Of a DNA stretch of 64,000 nucleotides, positions 38,955-52,608 are shown one piece after another. The stretch's first letter is position 1; every line of letters starts with the position of its first letter. Under the pieces are notes generated by a model that saw only the letters and a program-made list of their open reading frames with translations, searched no databases and was not told the origin of the DNA. The translations under genes were made by a program, and so were the position numbers. The stretch is from Octopus sinensis (taxonomy: Eukaryota). The stretch spans positions 70,742,001 to 70,806,000 of the forward strand of contig NC_043005.1 of assembly GCF_006345805.1 (NCBI RefSeq), given 5' to 3'.

Positions 38955-39500
38955 CATCATCATCATCATCATCATCGTTTAACGTCCGTTTTTCATGCTC
39001 GCATGGGTTGGACGGTTCCACCGTGGTCTGGGAAGCCAGAAAGCTGCACCAGGCTCCAGTCTGATCTGGCAGTGTTTCTACAGCTGGATGCTCTTCCTAA
39101 CGCCAACGACTCCATGAGTGTAGTGGGTGCTTTTTACGTGCCACCAGCACAGGGGCCATAGGAGGCTGGCAAACGGCCACGATCGGTTGGTGCTTTTTAT
39201 GTGTCACCGACATGGACGCCAATCAGGCAGTGCTAGCATCAGCCATGTTCAGACAGTGCTTTTTACATGTCACTGGCACGGCTATCTTAACTGCAATTTC
39301 CATTTGATCTTTATTTTGATGTTGGTGTTGACGTACTTAACTCAATAGGTATCCTCAAGAACAGAGGGTCACTCTACGATCCAAGGTTAGCACAGCAGGC
39401 CATCTTGCGAGCCATGAACTCACTTCATTTGACGGGTCTTCACAGTCACAACATATCTCAGACGTCTCGGTCTTCGTCACTTCTTCTGAGAGGCCCTACG
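38955..39500 (-). mobile_element. RTE 3' end with 3' UTR
   Basis: Family match. Confidence 0.8.
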
Positions 39501-39550
39501 TGCCATCGGCACGATTTATAATATATATAGATAGATATAGTTATAGAATA

Positions 39551-39800
39551 TCATCATCATCATCATCATCATCGTTTAACGTCCGTTTTCCGCGCTAGCA
39601 CGGGTTGGACGGTTTCGACCGGGGTCTGGGGAGCTCGGGACTGCCCCAGGCTCCAGTCTAGTCTGGCAGTGTTTCTACAGCTGGATGCCCTTCCTAACGC
39701 CAACCACTCCGCGAGTGTAGTGGGTGTTTTTTACGTGCCACCTGCACAGGTGCCAGAGGGGTCTGGCATCGGCCACGTTCGGATGGTGCTTTTTATGTGG
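39551..39800 (-). mobile_element. RTE 3' end, CpG-rich and apparently young
   Basis: Family match, retains CpGs (CGCGCTAGCACGGG). Confidence 0.8.
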
Positions 39801-40052
39801 GGGGGGGTATAGAAATATATAGGGGAGCACCAGTGGGGAGGGGTGGTTCAGAGAAATGATGACAGGTTCTAGGCAAGTAGAACGTAGGATATCAAGAGAG
39901 GGGTAATGCATGGTGAAATAGCGTGTTGAAGAGGGGGGTTCGAAGAGTAGACACCTATAATGGTGGTGGGAGAAGCAACATCCGGTATAGATGGAACAAA
40001 AATATAGAGATATCCGGTATTGGTGGTGGGGGTGGGCAAGGGCGGGTGCACC

Positions 40053-40444
40053 GGGAATATGCGAAGGTTGAACTTTAGAGAAACGGGCGGGAATGGCGAT
40101 GTTTTTAGGGTGGCATGTAGAAAGAAAAGGAAAGCAAAGCAGATTGGTGGTTATAAGTTCAAAACATTTAAACGGTAGACAAATGTATGTATGTATGAAA
40201 TAGAAGGGAGAAATCTTAGCCTGCTCATGGACATCGCTGCAAGTCAGGGGAAGAAATGATAGTGAATGGTGGAGATCGAATTAAAGGGAATATGCGAAGG
40301 TTGAACTTTAGAGAAACGGGCGGGAATGGCGATGTTTTTAGGGTGGCATGTAGAAAGAAAAGGAAAGCAAAGCAGATTGGTGGTTATAAGTTCAAAACAT
40401 TTAAACGGTAGACAAATGTATGTATGTATGAAAAAGAAGGGAGA
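40053..40444 (+). repeat. 159-bp direct repeat (40053-40211, 40286-40444)
   Basis: One mismatch seen; 74-bp unique spacer. Confidence 0.9.
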
Positions 40445-40477
40445 TATACATATATATACATATATATTTTAAAAGTC

Positions 40478-40773
40478 AGGGTAAAATATGCACATGTTTG
40501 CTTGAAAGAAAAGTTAAAGCTCTCCAAAACCATTTTAGAAAATAGCTTATGTAGTAAGCCTAGCTGATGAGCTTTAAGTGACAGTTCAGCACAGAAAGCA
40601 AAATCATTTGATACTGGACTATCTACCATCCTCTTTGTAACCTTACAGACAGGGCAACTGCTTTTCTTAGTGCATTTGCTACATTCTCCAAGCATATTAA
40701 CACATAGTGAGAGGTGTATAGTTTTGGAGAGTTTTAACTCTTCTTTCAAGCACACAGGTGTATATTTGACCTC
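40478..40773. mobile_element. MITE-like element with ~55-bp imperfect TIRs
   Basis: CACATGTTTGCTTGAAAGAAAAGTTAAAGCTCTCCAAAAC vs reverse complement of 40718-40760. Confidence 0.7.
40560..40617 (+). ncRNA. Decayed type I hammerhead-like fold (G12A)
   Basis: CTAG / CTGATGA / GCTTT..AAAGC / AAAA / TCA-TT-TGA-T-A / CTGG: all three stems present, GAAA reads AAAA. Confidence 0.45.
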
Positions 40774-40867
40774 AGTCAAATAGTCCAACCCATGCTAGCA
40801 TGGAAACGGACGTTAAACGATGATCATGATGAGGATGATATATATATATTACACACACACACACACA

Positions 40868-42312
40868 CACTGAACCACAAAAGAAACACGATTTTTTCAA
40901 ATATCATTTTTATATGGTAAATTCTGAAAATTTAGATCAGGGATGTAAGAGTAAATATTCCAAGACTTGCTGGTTTATGGCTGAGACCCAAGTTGCAGGT
41001 AACCTTTCAACTTTTCTTCAAATGAGACACCAAAGTGCAGCTTCGTTGAATGCTGTGGGTGGTAGCCAGAAACAACCGTCATGAAAACCAAAATGCACAT
41101 GCATTTGGGTATAAAGGGTTATGTGTATAAAAATCAACTTGAATCACGTTCCTGGCATTCATAATTTGGACACATCAGGTATGACTCGATTGTCAGCAGC
41201 ACAGAGAGAACAAGCTATCAGCTGATTGCAAGCAGAGCTGCATGCCCTTGTTGTGAAAGCTTATAATGTCTATGTCAGCACCATCTATCACCTGCAACAG
41301 TGATAAAAAAAATACCAACAGTACACCCAGGCAGGACCACTTTATCCTCCTGTAACACTTCTGTGATCACTTCAGACTGGCCAGCATGACAGCTTGCGAG
41401 ACCATTGGCACTGGACAGCAACCCATCAGCGAAGACACAGTATGACTCAACTGGCTGCCAACAACCTGTATTGCCATGGTCCTGCTTGAGGGCCTGTCCT
41501 CACCACACGAGACCATCAGGCACGACTACAATGGATTACACAGCACCGACATTGGCAGCATCAACAATGGAGGTTGATAGTCTTCTCTGATGAGAGCCAG
41601 TACTGTGTTGATGACAGAGTGAGAGTGTGACACATGTGTCATAGAGTGGCCAAAGCATCCTGGTTTTGGGTGCTATAGGCCTGAATCAGTGAATTGGGCC
41701 CCATGTTTTCCAAAATGTTGGTGCAAGCAGAAGGAATGGTATTACAGCACAACGCTTTGTTGACCAGATCCTAAGACCTCACATCATGCCTTTCTTTGGG
41801 CATCACCATAGCCACGAGTTCCAGCAGGACAATGCTCCCTCCCACACAGCCAGGGTCACCATGGAGTTACTGCATCATCACAACATGCTGTGCCCAGCTC
41901 TCAGCCTGGATTTGAACCCAATTGAACACCTGTGGGTTGAAATCCTGAGCCTGCTGAAACAGGTGGTCCCAAAGCAAACAACTCATGTGGAATTGGAGGC
42001 AGCTTTCCTTAGGGTGTGGACACAGGTGCCAACAGCTTTTGTGAACCACCTCATGCACTCCATGTATCGATGGTATATGGTCGTTTTAAACACCCAAGGA
42101 GGGCAAGCATGGTATTGAACATGTCATGCCCTACAATCTCAATGTGCTGGATCCGCCCACTAGCAGAACACATAACAACAACCCATAGACTGTGTTCAGA
42201 GTGCATCCAAGAAATTGACTTTATCACATTTATAAAAATTTATCACTGTCATAATGACATTAAAACATATTTCACAGTCACACATGTCTTGTGTTTCTTT
42301 TGCGGTTCAGTG
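40868..42312 (+). mobile_element. Tc1-like transposon, full-length ends, degraded transposase
   Basis: 22-bp TIRs CACTGAACC(A/G)CAAAAGAAACAC, TA at right; FQQDNAPSH...SLDLNPIEHLW (DD34E type with small deletion). Confidence 0.9.
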
Positions 42313-42492
42313 TATATATAATGTATACATGTAATTATATTTGTAATATATATATAGAGAAATATAAATATAGAATATATATGTACATATATGTATATAT
42401 ATATATGTACATATATATATATGTATATATATATATAGGCTATGTACATATATATATATATATATATGCGTGTGTGTGTATGTATGTATGTA

Positions 42493-42524
<32 letters not shown>

Positions 42525-42650
42525 ATGTATACATGCATATTTGTAATTAGATTTATAATATATATAGATAGATATAAATATAGAATATATATGTGTGTAT
42601 ATGTCATGTATACATGTATATATGTAATTAGATTTATAAGGTGTGTGTGT
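42313..42650. repeat. TA-rich low-complexity tract with internal ~60-bp duplication
   Basis: GTAATTA..TTT.TAATATATATA.AGA.A.ATATAAATATAGAATATATATG repeated at ~42330 and ~42543. Confidence 0.75.
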
Positions 42651-43042
42651 GGGAGGGTTGTAAATGCATGAAATATGATTGTGTCTTTAGTTATGCACCT
42701 GACTGAACTCTTGTCAATCAATCATAGATGTTGAATCAGTTAAAATGTGAGCATAGTAGGAAATGGAGAAACAGAATCAATAGACTAAAAGCCTTGTTGT
42801 CTCTAGCTGTGTTCATGTGTATTCTGTGTTCAAATATTGCTCTCGTCAATATTAAAGTAAATACCAGTCACTTTCTGATGTCAGTTTAAAGACCTAGACT
42901 CTGTTCTACTAAATATGTGATAGTGCTTGGGAAAACCATCAACAGTGTGAAAAATTTGAAAATGGCATCTTATGTTTTATTAAGTAAAAGTATAACTCAC
43001 AAATTCCAAAACACTAGATTTTTTAAATATCCTAATATTTGC

Positions 43043-43487
43043 TCTTTTACTCTTTCACTTGTTTCAGTCATTTGACTGTGGCAATGCTGGAGCACTGCCT
43101 TTTAGTTGAGCAAATCAACCCCGGGACTTATTCTTTGTAAGCCTAGTACTTATTCTATTGGTCTGTTTTGCCGAACTGCTAAGTTACGGGAGATGTAAAC
43201 ACACCAGCATCGGTTGTCAAACGATTTTGGGGGACAAACACAGACACACAAATGTATACACACACACATACATACATATATACATACATACATACATATA
43301 TATATATGCATGTATACACACACACATATATACGATGGGCTTCTCTCAATTTCTACCTGCCAAATCCACTCAGAAGACTTTGGTTGGCCCGAGGCTATAA
43401 TAGAACACACTTGCTCAAGGTACTATGCAGTGGGACTGAACCCAGAACCATGTGGTTCATAAGCAAGCTACTTACCACACAGCCATA
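43043..43487 (-). mobile_element. SINE-A
   Basis: Family match. Confidence 0.85.
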
Positions 43488-44754
43488 TACAGATTTTGAA
43501 TATCATATTTATGCTCAGTTCTTGATTGACCCTTAAGTAAAACAAGCACGTTCTCAGGGCATCAAGGGAAAGTAGGCACCACAGAAATGGTAAATGGTTT
43601 ACAGTACAAAAGAAATCAACTTTAAACTTGCTAAAATAATATTTGAAGTGGTTTATATGATCAGAAATATACTTTCAAAGTGTTCATGATATTATAGTGA
43701 AAATCTGATCAATGATTTCGCAATTAAAAAAATTTGGAGAAAACTGTCCAAAAATTATTAAATAAGATGTATATAAAAACAAACATTATTTTTTTATCTT
43801 ATTGTTTGATTTGTTTCATATTGCAAAATAAAAAATTATCTTCTGGTTTATTATTGTTTATATTTTGGATTAGGTATATATGAGGACACCCAAATCTTTA
43901 AGTGCTTAGGACCTTTATGGGTCTGACCCTGTTTACGCTGTTGCTTTGTAACCCCAAGCTGCCATGTTGGAACAAACATATGACCAAAGGCATTCCAGCT
44001 ATCCTCACCCCTTTTTTGTTTTTGTTTGTTTGAACTGGCAGAAGCATTAGAACATTGGACAAAATGCTTACTAGCATTTCTTCTGGATCTCAACATTCTG
44101 AGCTCAATTCCCACCAAAGATTTTGCAATTTAATAAAATATGTAGGAGAAAACTTTCCAAATATAAATAAAATGGAAGAATGCAAAAATAAACATTGCAT
44201 TTCATCTCTTAAGGGTCGATAAAATGAAATATCAGTGAAGTACTGGAATCAATGTAATCAACTTGTCCCCTCCTCTCAAAAATTTCTGTTCTTGAATCCT
44301 GCAAATAGTAATCTCATTCAGGGAGAATGTTGTGATCTTAGTCATTTATATGCCATGGAAATTAGGTAACAAACATTATGAGCCCTAGGGCTCAAGAGCA
44401 AGATAAAAATAATAATAACGTAAATGGGATCTTATTTCATATGGGTTTATTTTTCCCAAAGATGGTAAAGAATGAGTTTAAGATTTGGTTGTTATTTCTA
44501 TCAGACCAAGTAACTACAAAGATACGATTTCATTGGCTCATGTAGTTTATTTTGTGGTCTATGGTATTCAAATGTGGAACATATGGTTCCAACATTTATG
44601 CCAAAAATATCTATGAAAGATAATGCTCTGGTATTGATTAGGTTTAGTGATTTAAATGGGGTTTCTTTAGTCAGGTAGTGTATGTTTTCTGGTGCTGGTT
44701 TCTAAGTAAACACATATATATTATTCTCATACACATATACATATATTTTATATA

Positions 44755-44788
<34 letters not shown>

Positions 44789-46350
44789 CTGTACACACAC
44801 ACTCATACACTTATATATGTATATTTTATTAATTCTTTTTATTTATATACATTCATATACGTGTGTGTGTATTGGATACATATGAGTGTGTTTAAGAGTG
44901 TATTTGTGTGTGTGCATGTCTGTATATTTATGACTCCCTACCAGGAAACATAATATCAATTGATTAGAATTTCTTTTTTCCAATTTTAGCTTGCCATGTG
45001 TTATTTTTTTAAATTTGTAATTTTGTATCAGACTGGTCTGGTGGTAGTGATGCTAGAGAATGGAGGTACATGTGTTTATGATCTTCACAGGTACCTCTAA
45101 AACTTGTGAGACTAATGGCATTAACGTTTGTCTAGAACAGTTGCTAGTTAATAGCTGCAAGAAATTCATGAAACCTGAGGTCCCAGTAAAGAAATGCTAC
45201 GTGCAGTGGGTTTTACAAAACTTGGGAGATGAAGACACTTTTCAAGCGGCAAGAAAGAAAGATAACAGAATTACTTTGGTGTTACTAAACATATTTATCA
45301 TTCCTTTCACATATTTAGCTTCCTCCCATATCGAACATCTTCCACAACACTCACACCTCTTCATACACTAATGCAAAATCTCAAAATGGTTTCCCACCCT
45401 CTTTCATACCTCTACACTTACACCACCTACTACAGTATTAATTTTCCTCTTTTATTCGTAATTTTTCAAATGAGATGAAACATGAATAATTAATATAAGG
45501 TTAGATGTAGATATGAAAAGGGAAAATTGCTTGAGATATATTTTTGATTTTTCATGTAAACTGTCTCACTGAAAAGTATTTACCCTATATAAATTTCTAT
45601 AAGTACATTTTTCTCAAAGTAGATTTTGAGAAAATTCCAGTCTCCTAAGAATCCAGATTTTACTGTATTTGCTGCAAATATAGCTAAGATGTACACAACA
45701 AGAATAAAAAAATAAATGGAGACAATATAAGAAATGCAAGACCAAACAAGAGAAATCATAACAAACAATATTTTTTTTAAAATATAACAGGTGAAGTCTG
45801 TATTATTTTAGAAGCTTGAGACAAAGAAATCACCAGAAGAATAACAAAAAAAAAAAACAGGAGAAAATGAATATATAAAAAGGAATTAAAATTAAAAAGG
45901 AAATACAAAACAAAAATTCAATGTGAGAAAAACAGAAAATTAAGATATATTTTAACACCTTCACTTAGCTTTATGGTAAATATCTGTTTTAAAAAATCAA
46001 TTTTTTAAACTTCACCATATTGAGTCTCTGTATGTAGATATACAAAGTTTCATAACATTTTTAATACTAAGGGTAAGGTTTATTCCCTTGTTGTGTAGAT
46101 CTATATCATCCCTGTGAAGTAGGCTTATTTCTAAAGACATTCCAGCAATAGCCATCATGTTGTTTTCTTAAGGAGTAATATATTTTGAAGTATATTACCA
46201 TGGATATACATAGTTCCCTTCCTTTGTAAAATGGTAGGATGTATTTGAGGCAGGTTTGTCTGTTATTTCTAGCAGGTAAGCCTACCATCTAAAAGTTCAT
46301 TCCTAGGCTAGCATGGATAAAGTTTCTTCCTTGATTATGTAGTGCGAAAA

Positions 46351-46743
46351 CTCTCTTTACTCTTTACTCTTTTACTTGTTTCAGTCATTTGACTGTGGCC
46401 ATGCTGGACCACCACCCTTAGTTGAGCAAATCGATCCTAGGACTTATTCTTTGGAAGCCTAGTACTTATTCTATCAGTCTCTTTTGTCGGACCGCTAAGT
46501 TACGGGGACGTAAACACACCAGCATAGGTTGTCAAGCAATGTTGGGGGGACAAACACAGACACACAAACATAAACCCCCCCCCCCACATATATATATATA
46601 TATATACATTCATATGTACGACGTGCTTCTTTCAGTTTCCGTCTACCAAATCAATTCACAAGGCTTTGGTCAGCCCTACCATGCAGTGGGACTGAACCCA
46701 GAACCATGTGGTTCTTACTTACCACACATCCACTCCCACACCT
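46351..46743 (-). mobile_element. SINE-A with internal deletion
   Basis: Family match. Confidence 0.8.
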
Positions 46744-47199
46744 GTAGGGCAAAACATGTTAATTCAATGGCCCCCTCATTGAGCTCAACCCTATATACTG
46801 ATCTTCTCAATTTTTCAGCAGTACCACTATTTACAATACAATACATGCACACACACACATGCTGGTTTTTTATTAGCAAAATTCAAATAAAAGTACTCAC
46901 TTTGCGTCAAATTCAAGTGATCCTTTCTCAGTAAATTATTGTAATTATACAGAAGCAACAACTCAATTTTCATGTGGGAACATTGCTGGTTTTACTTAAT
47001 GAGACATAACTGTGAGTGAAGTGCATGAAGTCTTCAGGTTGTGGGGCCTAAAGAGATTATCAGTATATATATTAATCATGCAACTTGACAAATGCAATCA
47101 CTGCACCAACAGTTAGGCTTCACCAAGCATAAACTGGAACATCCCTGCATGAAACTTGTGTTCCTGGTCCTGTTCCATTAATTTACAGTATAAAAACTA

Positions 47200-47366
47200 C
47201 TATGCATGCGTGTATGTATATATATCTATATCTATCAATCTACATATCTATCTATCTATCTATCTATCTACATATCTATCTATCTATCTATCTATTTATC
47301 TATCTATCTATTTATATCTATATCTATATGTGTGTGTGTATGTGTGTGTGTGTGTGTCTATGTATG

Positions 47367-47402
<36 letters not shown>

Positions 47403-47570
47403 TGTGTATGTATGTATGTATGATACACTATAAGGAAAATGGAGAGTATGAACAAAGAAAAAAATCAAATTTATATTATAGTCAATTTATATGTATATAT
47501 GTGTGTATATATATAAATATATATAAGCATGTGAGTGTATGATATGTATGTATGTATGTATGTATATGTA
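47200..47570. repeat. (TATC)n/(TG)n/(TATG)n compound microsatellite
   Basis: Direct inspection. Confidence 0.9.
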
Positions 47571-48192
47571 CAACATTATTTTGAAAGACAATGTACAACA
47601 ATGTAAATTTTATATAACAAGTCAGCAAGCTATTGATTTTCAGCTTCAGGTCAACTCAGGGTGAAAAGATTTATGATTAAAGGCATTCTAACCAAGACCA
47701 CCCCATCTTCTCAGGTACAAGTGCAGCACTGTTAAATTTGCACTGAATGTGGAGGTGCGTGAGTTTGTGCAAGATTGTAGTTTTGGTTCCTCACCCAGGT
47801 AATGTATTATATTCATGAGCTAAATGCCTCATTTTACATAGTTTCAGTCCAATTAGCCAACAGAAATGCATAACCCTGAGATGGGCTGCTGTTCTATTCA
47901 GGGTGGATGGAATGTATATGGCTTGGATTCCAAGAAACTGTCCTTATGAGCCTATGGTTCAGGAAGGACCATTGATCATTTTTGATAAAACTGAGTTGTG
48001 TTTTCTAAGAGAGAAGTAGCAGCTATTTCTAGCAAGTCACCTGAGGCTTGTTCTTTGGCTCAGGGAGCTGATAAAATTTATTGAACACTTGTTCAAGTAT
48101 GTTAGTTTACCTAGTTTTGTGTCTACATTTTATTTCAATGCAAGATTCTCATACAGAATATATGTATAAACTTTAGCCAATATTATATATAC

Positions 48193-48535
48193 CTATTTCT
48201 TTACTACCCACAAGGGGCTAAACACAGAGAGGACAAATAAGGACAAACAAATAGATTAAGTTGATTATATCGACCCCAGTGTGTAACTGGTACTTATTTA
48301 ATCAACCCCGAAAGGATGAAAGGCAAAGTTGACCTCGGTGGAATTTGAACTCAGAATGTAGCGGCAGACAAAATACCACTAAGCATTTCGCCTGGTGTGC
48401 TGACGTTTCTGCCAGCTCACCACCTTTAAAGGCAAAGTCGACCTCGATGGAATTTGAACTCAGAACATAAAGACAGATGAAATACTGCTAAGCATTTCGC
48501 CCGGCATGCTTACGTTTCTGCCAGCTCGCTGCCTT
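48193..48535 (-). mobile_element. SINE-M plus tandem extra head
   Basis: Full copy 48193-48426; second 5' part 48427-48535. Confidence 0.8.
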
Positions 48536-48882
48536 GTCCAATATTATATATACCAACTGGTCAATCCTAATTAATCTAAGTCTTTAATAGTTGTGCATAT
48601 GTAAGCAGTATCTCCTGGACAGTGAAAGAGAGTGCTCAGTTGCTGATGTAATCCCAACACTGGGAGGAAAGTAGACTGGTTGATGTCTTTCTTTCCTTCT
48701 ATGAAGACACAATGAAACCTCAGTTTATGAATACCCCTGATCATGAACAAATCAGTTTACAAACTGTCTCATGTAAGGAAAAGCATCTTGAGTAACAAAC
48801 GCATAAGCTGGCAACAACAGTTGATGAGAAGCTGGGAATATCAGCAGGAGAGCATCAGTTGCTGCCTAACTTTCATTCAGTG

Positions 48883-49035
48883 CACATCATCATCATCATC
48901 ATCCTTTAATGTTCGCTTTCCATGCTGACATGGGTTGGATGATTTGACTGAGGACTGGCAAACCAGATGGCTGCACCAGGCTCCAATCAGATCTGGCAGA
49001 GTTTCGACAGCTGGATGCCCTTCCTAACGCCAACC
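48883..49035 (-). mobile_element. RTE 3' end
   Basis: Family match. Confidence 0.75.
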
Positions 49036-49854
49036 CCTCTTGAATTTCATCCCTGCTTGAATTTGCCAAGCCTGTTTTTGAATTTCCTACAGAAAAATGG
49101 CTTTGGTTTAATAACATTTTCAGTGATGAACAGCCTTCAGGAACAAATCAAATTTGTAAACAGCAGTTCCACTGAATTTTGCATTAGAACAATATGTTTA
49201 CATCTGACAGTACATACGCTGTTGGCTAGAAATCTATAGATATATTATGCAGTACATTTTAACATTAAAACAAAATGCTGTTATCACAACAGTAATATAT
49301 TTATGCAACTAACTACCAAGTATATATGCAAATTTCATCTATCTGATTCTCTTAGGCACATAATGACAGTTTGTTTATAAGCTACATCTATCTGAACAGG
49401 GTACTCGATTGCTGATGAAATCTGAACAAAAGAAATTAAAAAAAGCCCTATATTTTATTTTTTTGTTCACAAAGATATTGTATTTAAAAGCCAAGTATTT
49501 ACTCCTATCTATTTTATACAGTGCTGTCTAAAATATATAGGTATATTCTGTAGTGCAATATGGATTTGATGGAAAACCATTCTGTTAACACTCAAGTCAT
49601 TTACAGGCACAATCATTTTCACTGTTTTAATGTACATTCTTCCATGCTTGCATGGGTCAGATAGAGTTTGTTGAAGCAGATATTTTATGGTTTGGTGCCT
49701 TTCCTGTCACCAACCCTCACATGTTTCCAAACAAGGTAATGTAGCTAGGATTGTTCTCATGGAAGACCAGAAATCAAGAACATTGCTTGTATGATGGTGG
49801 CATTTGTTTGCATTTATTGTTTCATGCCATTACAAAGAGAAACTAACACACACA

Positions 49855-49917
<63 letters not shown>

Positions 49918-50327
49918 ACACACATACATACACACACACATACTCAATGCAACAGCTGTTCTTGTTTACTGGTAGGCTGCCTTTTGGTGCAGTCGAGAGG
50001 ACTCCCTCAAAGTGCTGGGTGTTAAAACATTTGAAAGTCAGACAGGTAAGACAACTCACCCCAAATCCCATCAATATTTGATCATATATGTGGCTTATCA
50101 ACATCTTTGCCTGGAACTGAATTGGAAGAGAACTGAATCACCATGTCATAACTATATACAAATAGTGTAAAAACCATTTGCTAATAAGCCACAATGATTT
50201 CATATGAAAGAATAAATTCAAATCTGAATTAGAAGCAATGCCAGTGTTGTAAATATTATTGAATATACATACTCAATGTATGTGCTTTCTTTGTTCACCA
50301 ATATTCATATTTGAATATATATATATA

Positions 50328-50465
50328 TCATCATCATAATCATCATTTAACGTCCGGCTTCCATGTTTGCATGGGTTGGATGATTTGAGTGAGGACTGGC
50401 GAACCAGATGGCTGCACCAGGCTCCAGTCTGATCTGGCAGAGTTTCTACAGCTGGATGCCCTTCC
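50328..50465 (-). mobile_element. RTE 3' end
   Basis: Family match. Confidence 0.75.
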
Positions 50466-50669
50466 TGTTTCAGAGCTACAGTGGAAGATACTTACTCAAA
50501 GCATCATGCAGTGGGACAGAACCTGAAAACACTTGGGTGCTCAACTGTGGATTGAACCTCCCAAAAATATGCATTCGTTTTGAAAGAACTTACATACCGG
50601 CACTCTAAAGCTACTATACAGTCATACATGTACAAACTCACACACGTATGTACACTCATATATGTACAC

Positions 50670-50714
<45 letters not shown>

Positions 50715-51519
50715 TACTGTCATACACATCGACTGATATTTATGCACAAACTTCCAAGACAAACGACTGAATATAAATAAGGAAGAAGTTGATTTTAAAA
50801 TAATCAAATATGAAAACATATAAATAAAAGAAATTGTTTTTCATAGTTTTTTAAAAGTCATCCAAAGAAAGTAAAGTTAAGAAAAATAGATATTTAGTTT
50901 TAGTCAATTCCAACCGAATGAAGACTGTCAATAACATTCTTCACATTTCATTTCATCTCCTTTGCTATTCTTTCATCTTTAGTTGATTTTTCATTGTTGT
51001 TTGTGTTGGTTATAGTTGTAGCAGTGTTGGTGGTAGTTGTAGTGGTTTTAGTGGTAGATCTTTGGCGATGGAGAATAAATAGTAGTTGTGCTATTGCTGT
51101 CTACTGTTTTCTTCTAACTAAAGCAACCAGAGGAGAGTGAATGTCAGATAAACTGAAGCCTATTGACTTCAGTACCTCATGAACAAGAATAACACTATAG
51201 TGTGCCTTCAACGTTAGGTCCCTAGGGAACTGCAAATGAAAGGAGCAATGTTTGTTAAATAGTGCTTCTACTACATGCAGAACTGCACCTGAATTGAACA
51301 GTATTTCAGGCAACCAGGCAAGTGGATATCAACCCAAGATTTAGTGTACAGTACACTAAGCCACTTAACATAGAAAAACAAAGTTACCCTAGCAGTTAGT
51401 AGACATCATAAATTAGAATTTTTTACTGATATGGATAGTGTCATTCTGAAATTGTTTTCTCTGACTGCAATTTTATATACAATTCCTCTCTTGATAAAAG
51501 CCAGAAAGGATACAATTTC

Positions 51520-51755
51520 CTATTTCTTTATTACCCACAAGGGGCTACAGACAGAGTGGACAAACAAGGACAGACAAACGGATTAAGTCGATTATATCGA
51601 CCATAGTGCATAACAGGTATTTATTTAATCGACCCCGAAATGATGAAAGGTAAAGTTGACCTCAGTGGAATTTGAACCCAGAATTTAGCGGCAGACAAAA
51701 TACTGCTAAACATTTTGCCCAGCACACTAACGATTCTGCCAGCTCACCACCTTAA
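51520..51755 (-). mobile_element. SINE-M
   Basis: Family match. Confidence 0.8.
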
Positions 51756-52269
51756 GGATATAGTTTTCATGTGCTCTTATGCATTTAGGTCAGTAAGCAA
51801 TTGTTTAACAAAGCTAGTAAAGTGATGGACAAAACGTCTTATGGTTTTTAGCTATGACCATTTAGGGCCTGAATTCATATCCATCTGAGGTCAGTTTTAT
51901 CTTTCAAATCTCACTTGTTTGCTATTAAATCTGGATTCATTATAATTGACAACACCTTTTCCCTCAAGTTTGAGGCCTAGCACTTATGAAAGAAATTATA
52001 TATGCCAGATTGATGTGTAGGATTTTCTTTATATATGAGTACAAGGACTAGTCACGTGATAATAGTGACCTCTGATCAGAAATCAATCAGTGATATAACT
52101 CTGTTATCAGACAGCAGACATAGCCTTTCGTGGCATAAACCATTAACAATCAAACCAGCCATATCTGGCCAAAATATTCCACATGTTTTATGTTCAAACC
52201 AGCCATGTACAACCTCTCACAACTATCCTACAATGAACTTCTAAAAATAAGCAATCCCATCATGAAAAT

Positions 52270-52440
52270 CTCAAAGTTACAAGTCGATCTGATTAATGCA
52301 ACAGCCAGCTTGTGAAATTAACATGCAAGTGGTTGAGTACTCCACAGACACAAGTACCCTTAAAGTAGTTCTCAAATTTATTCAGCCTGACACAGAATGT
52401 GAAAAGGCTAGATTTTTCAAATACCGACACAATTCATTTT
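52270..52440 (-). mobile_element. SINE-R long-tail fragment
   Basis: GTGAAATTAACATGCAAGTGGTTGAGTACTCCACAGACAC. Confidence 0.65.
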
Positions 52441-52608
52441 TATCAGCTGTGTGGACTTGTAGTGGTTATTTGTGTGTATCAGGTGAACAGATGCAAAAGG
52501 AATGTGTCATTCAAGTAAACAAATGAGTGAATTGATTCATAGTTAAAAATGATTTATTCACTGGACATAATTAGTTGTTGGTACACATAATTCTTCAGCA
52601 TGGATTTA

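Noticed and set aside
40384-40788. 134-aa Cys-containing minus ORF
   Set aside because: Coincides with a TIR-bounded element; starts in an RTE tail and ends in microsatellite.
47715-47798. 84-bp plus exon candidate YKCSTVKFALNVEVREFVQDCSFGSSP
   Set aside because: Acceptor lies in a repeat fragment (AAAGGCATTC..CC..GACC) seen elsewhere in the window; no other support.
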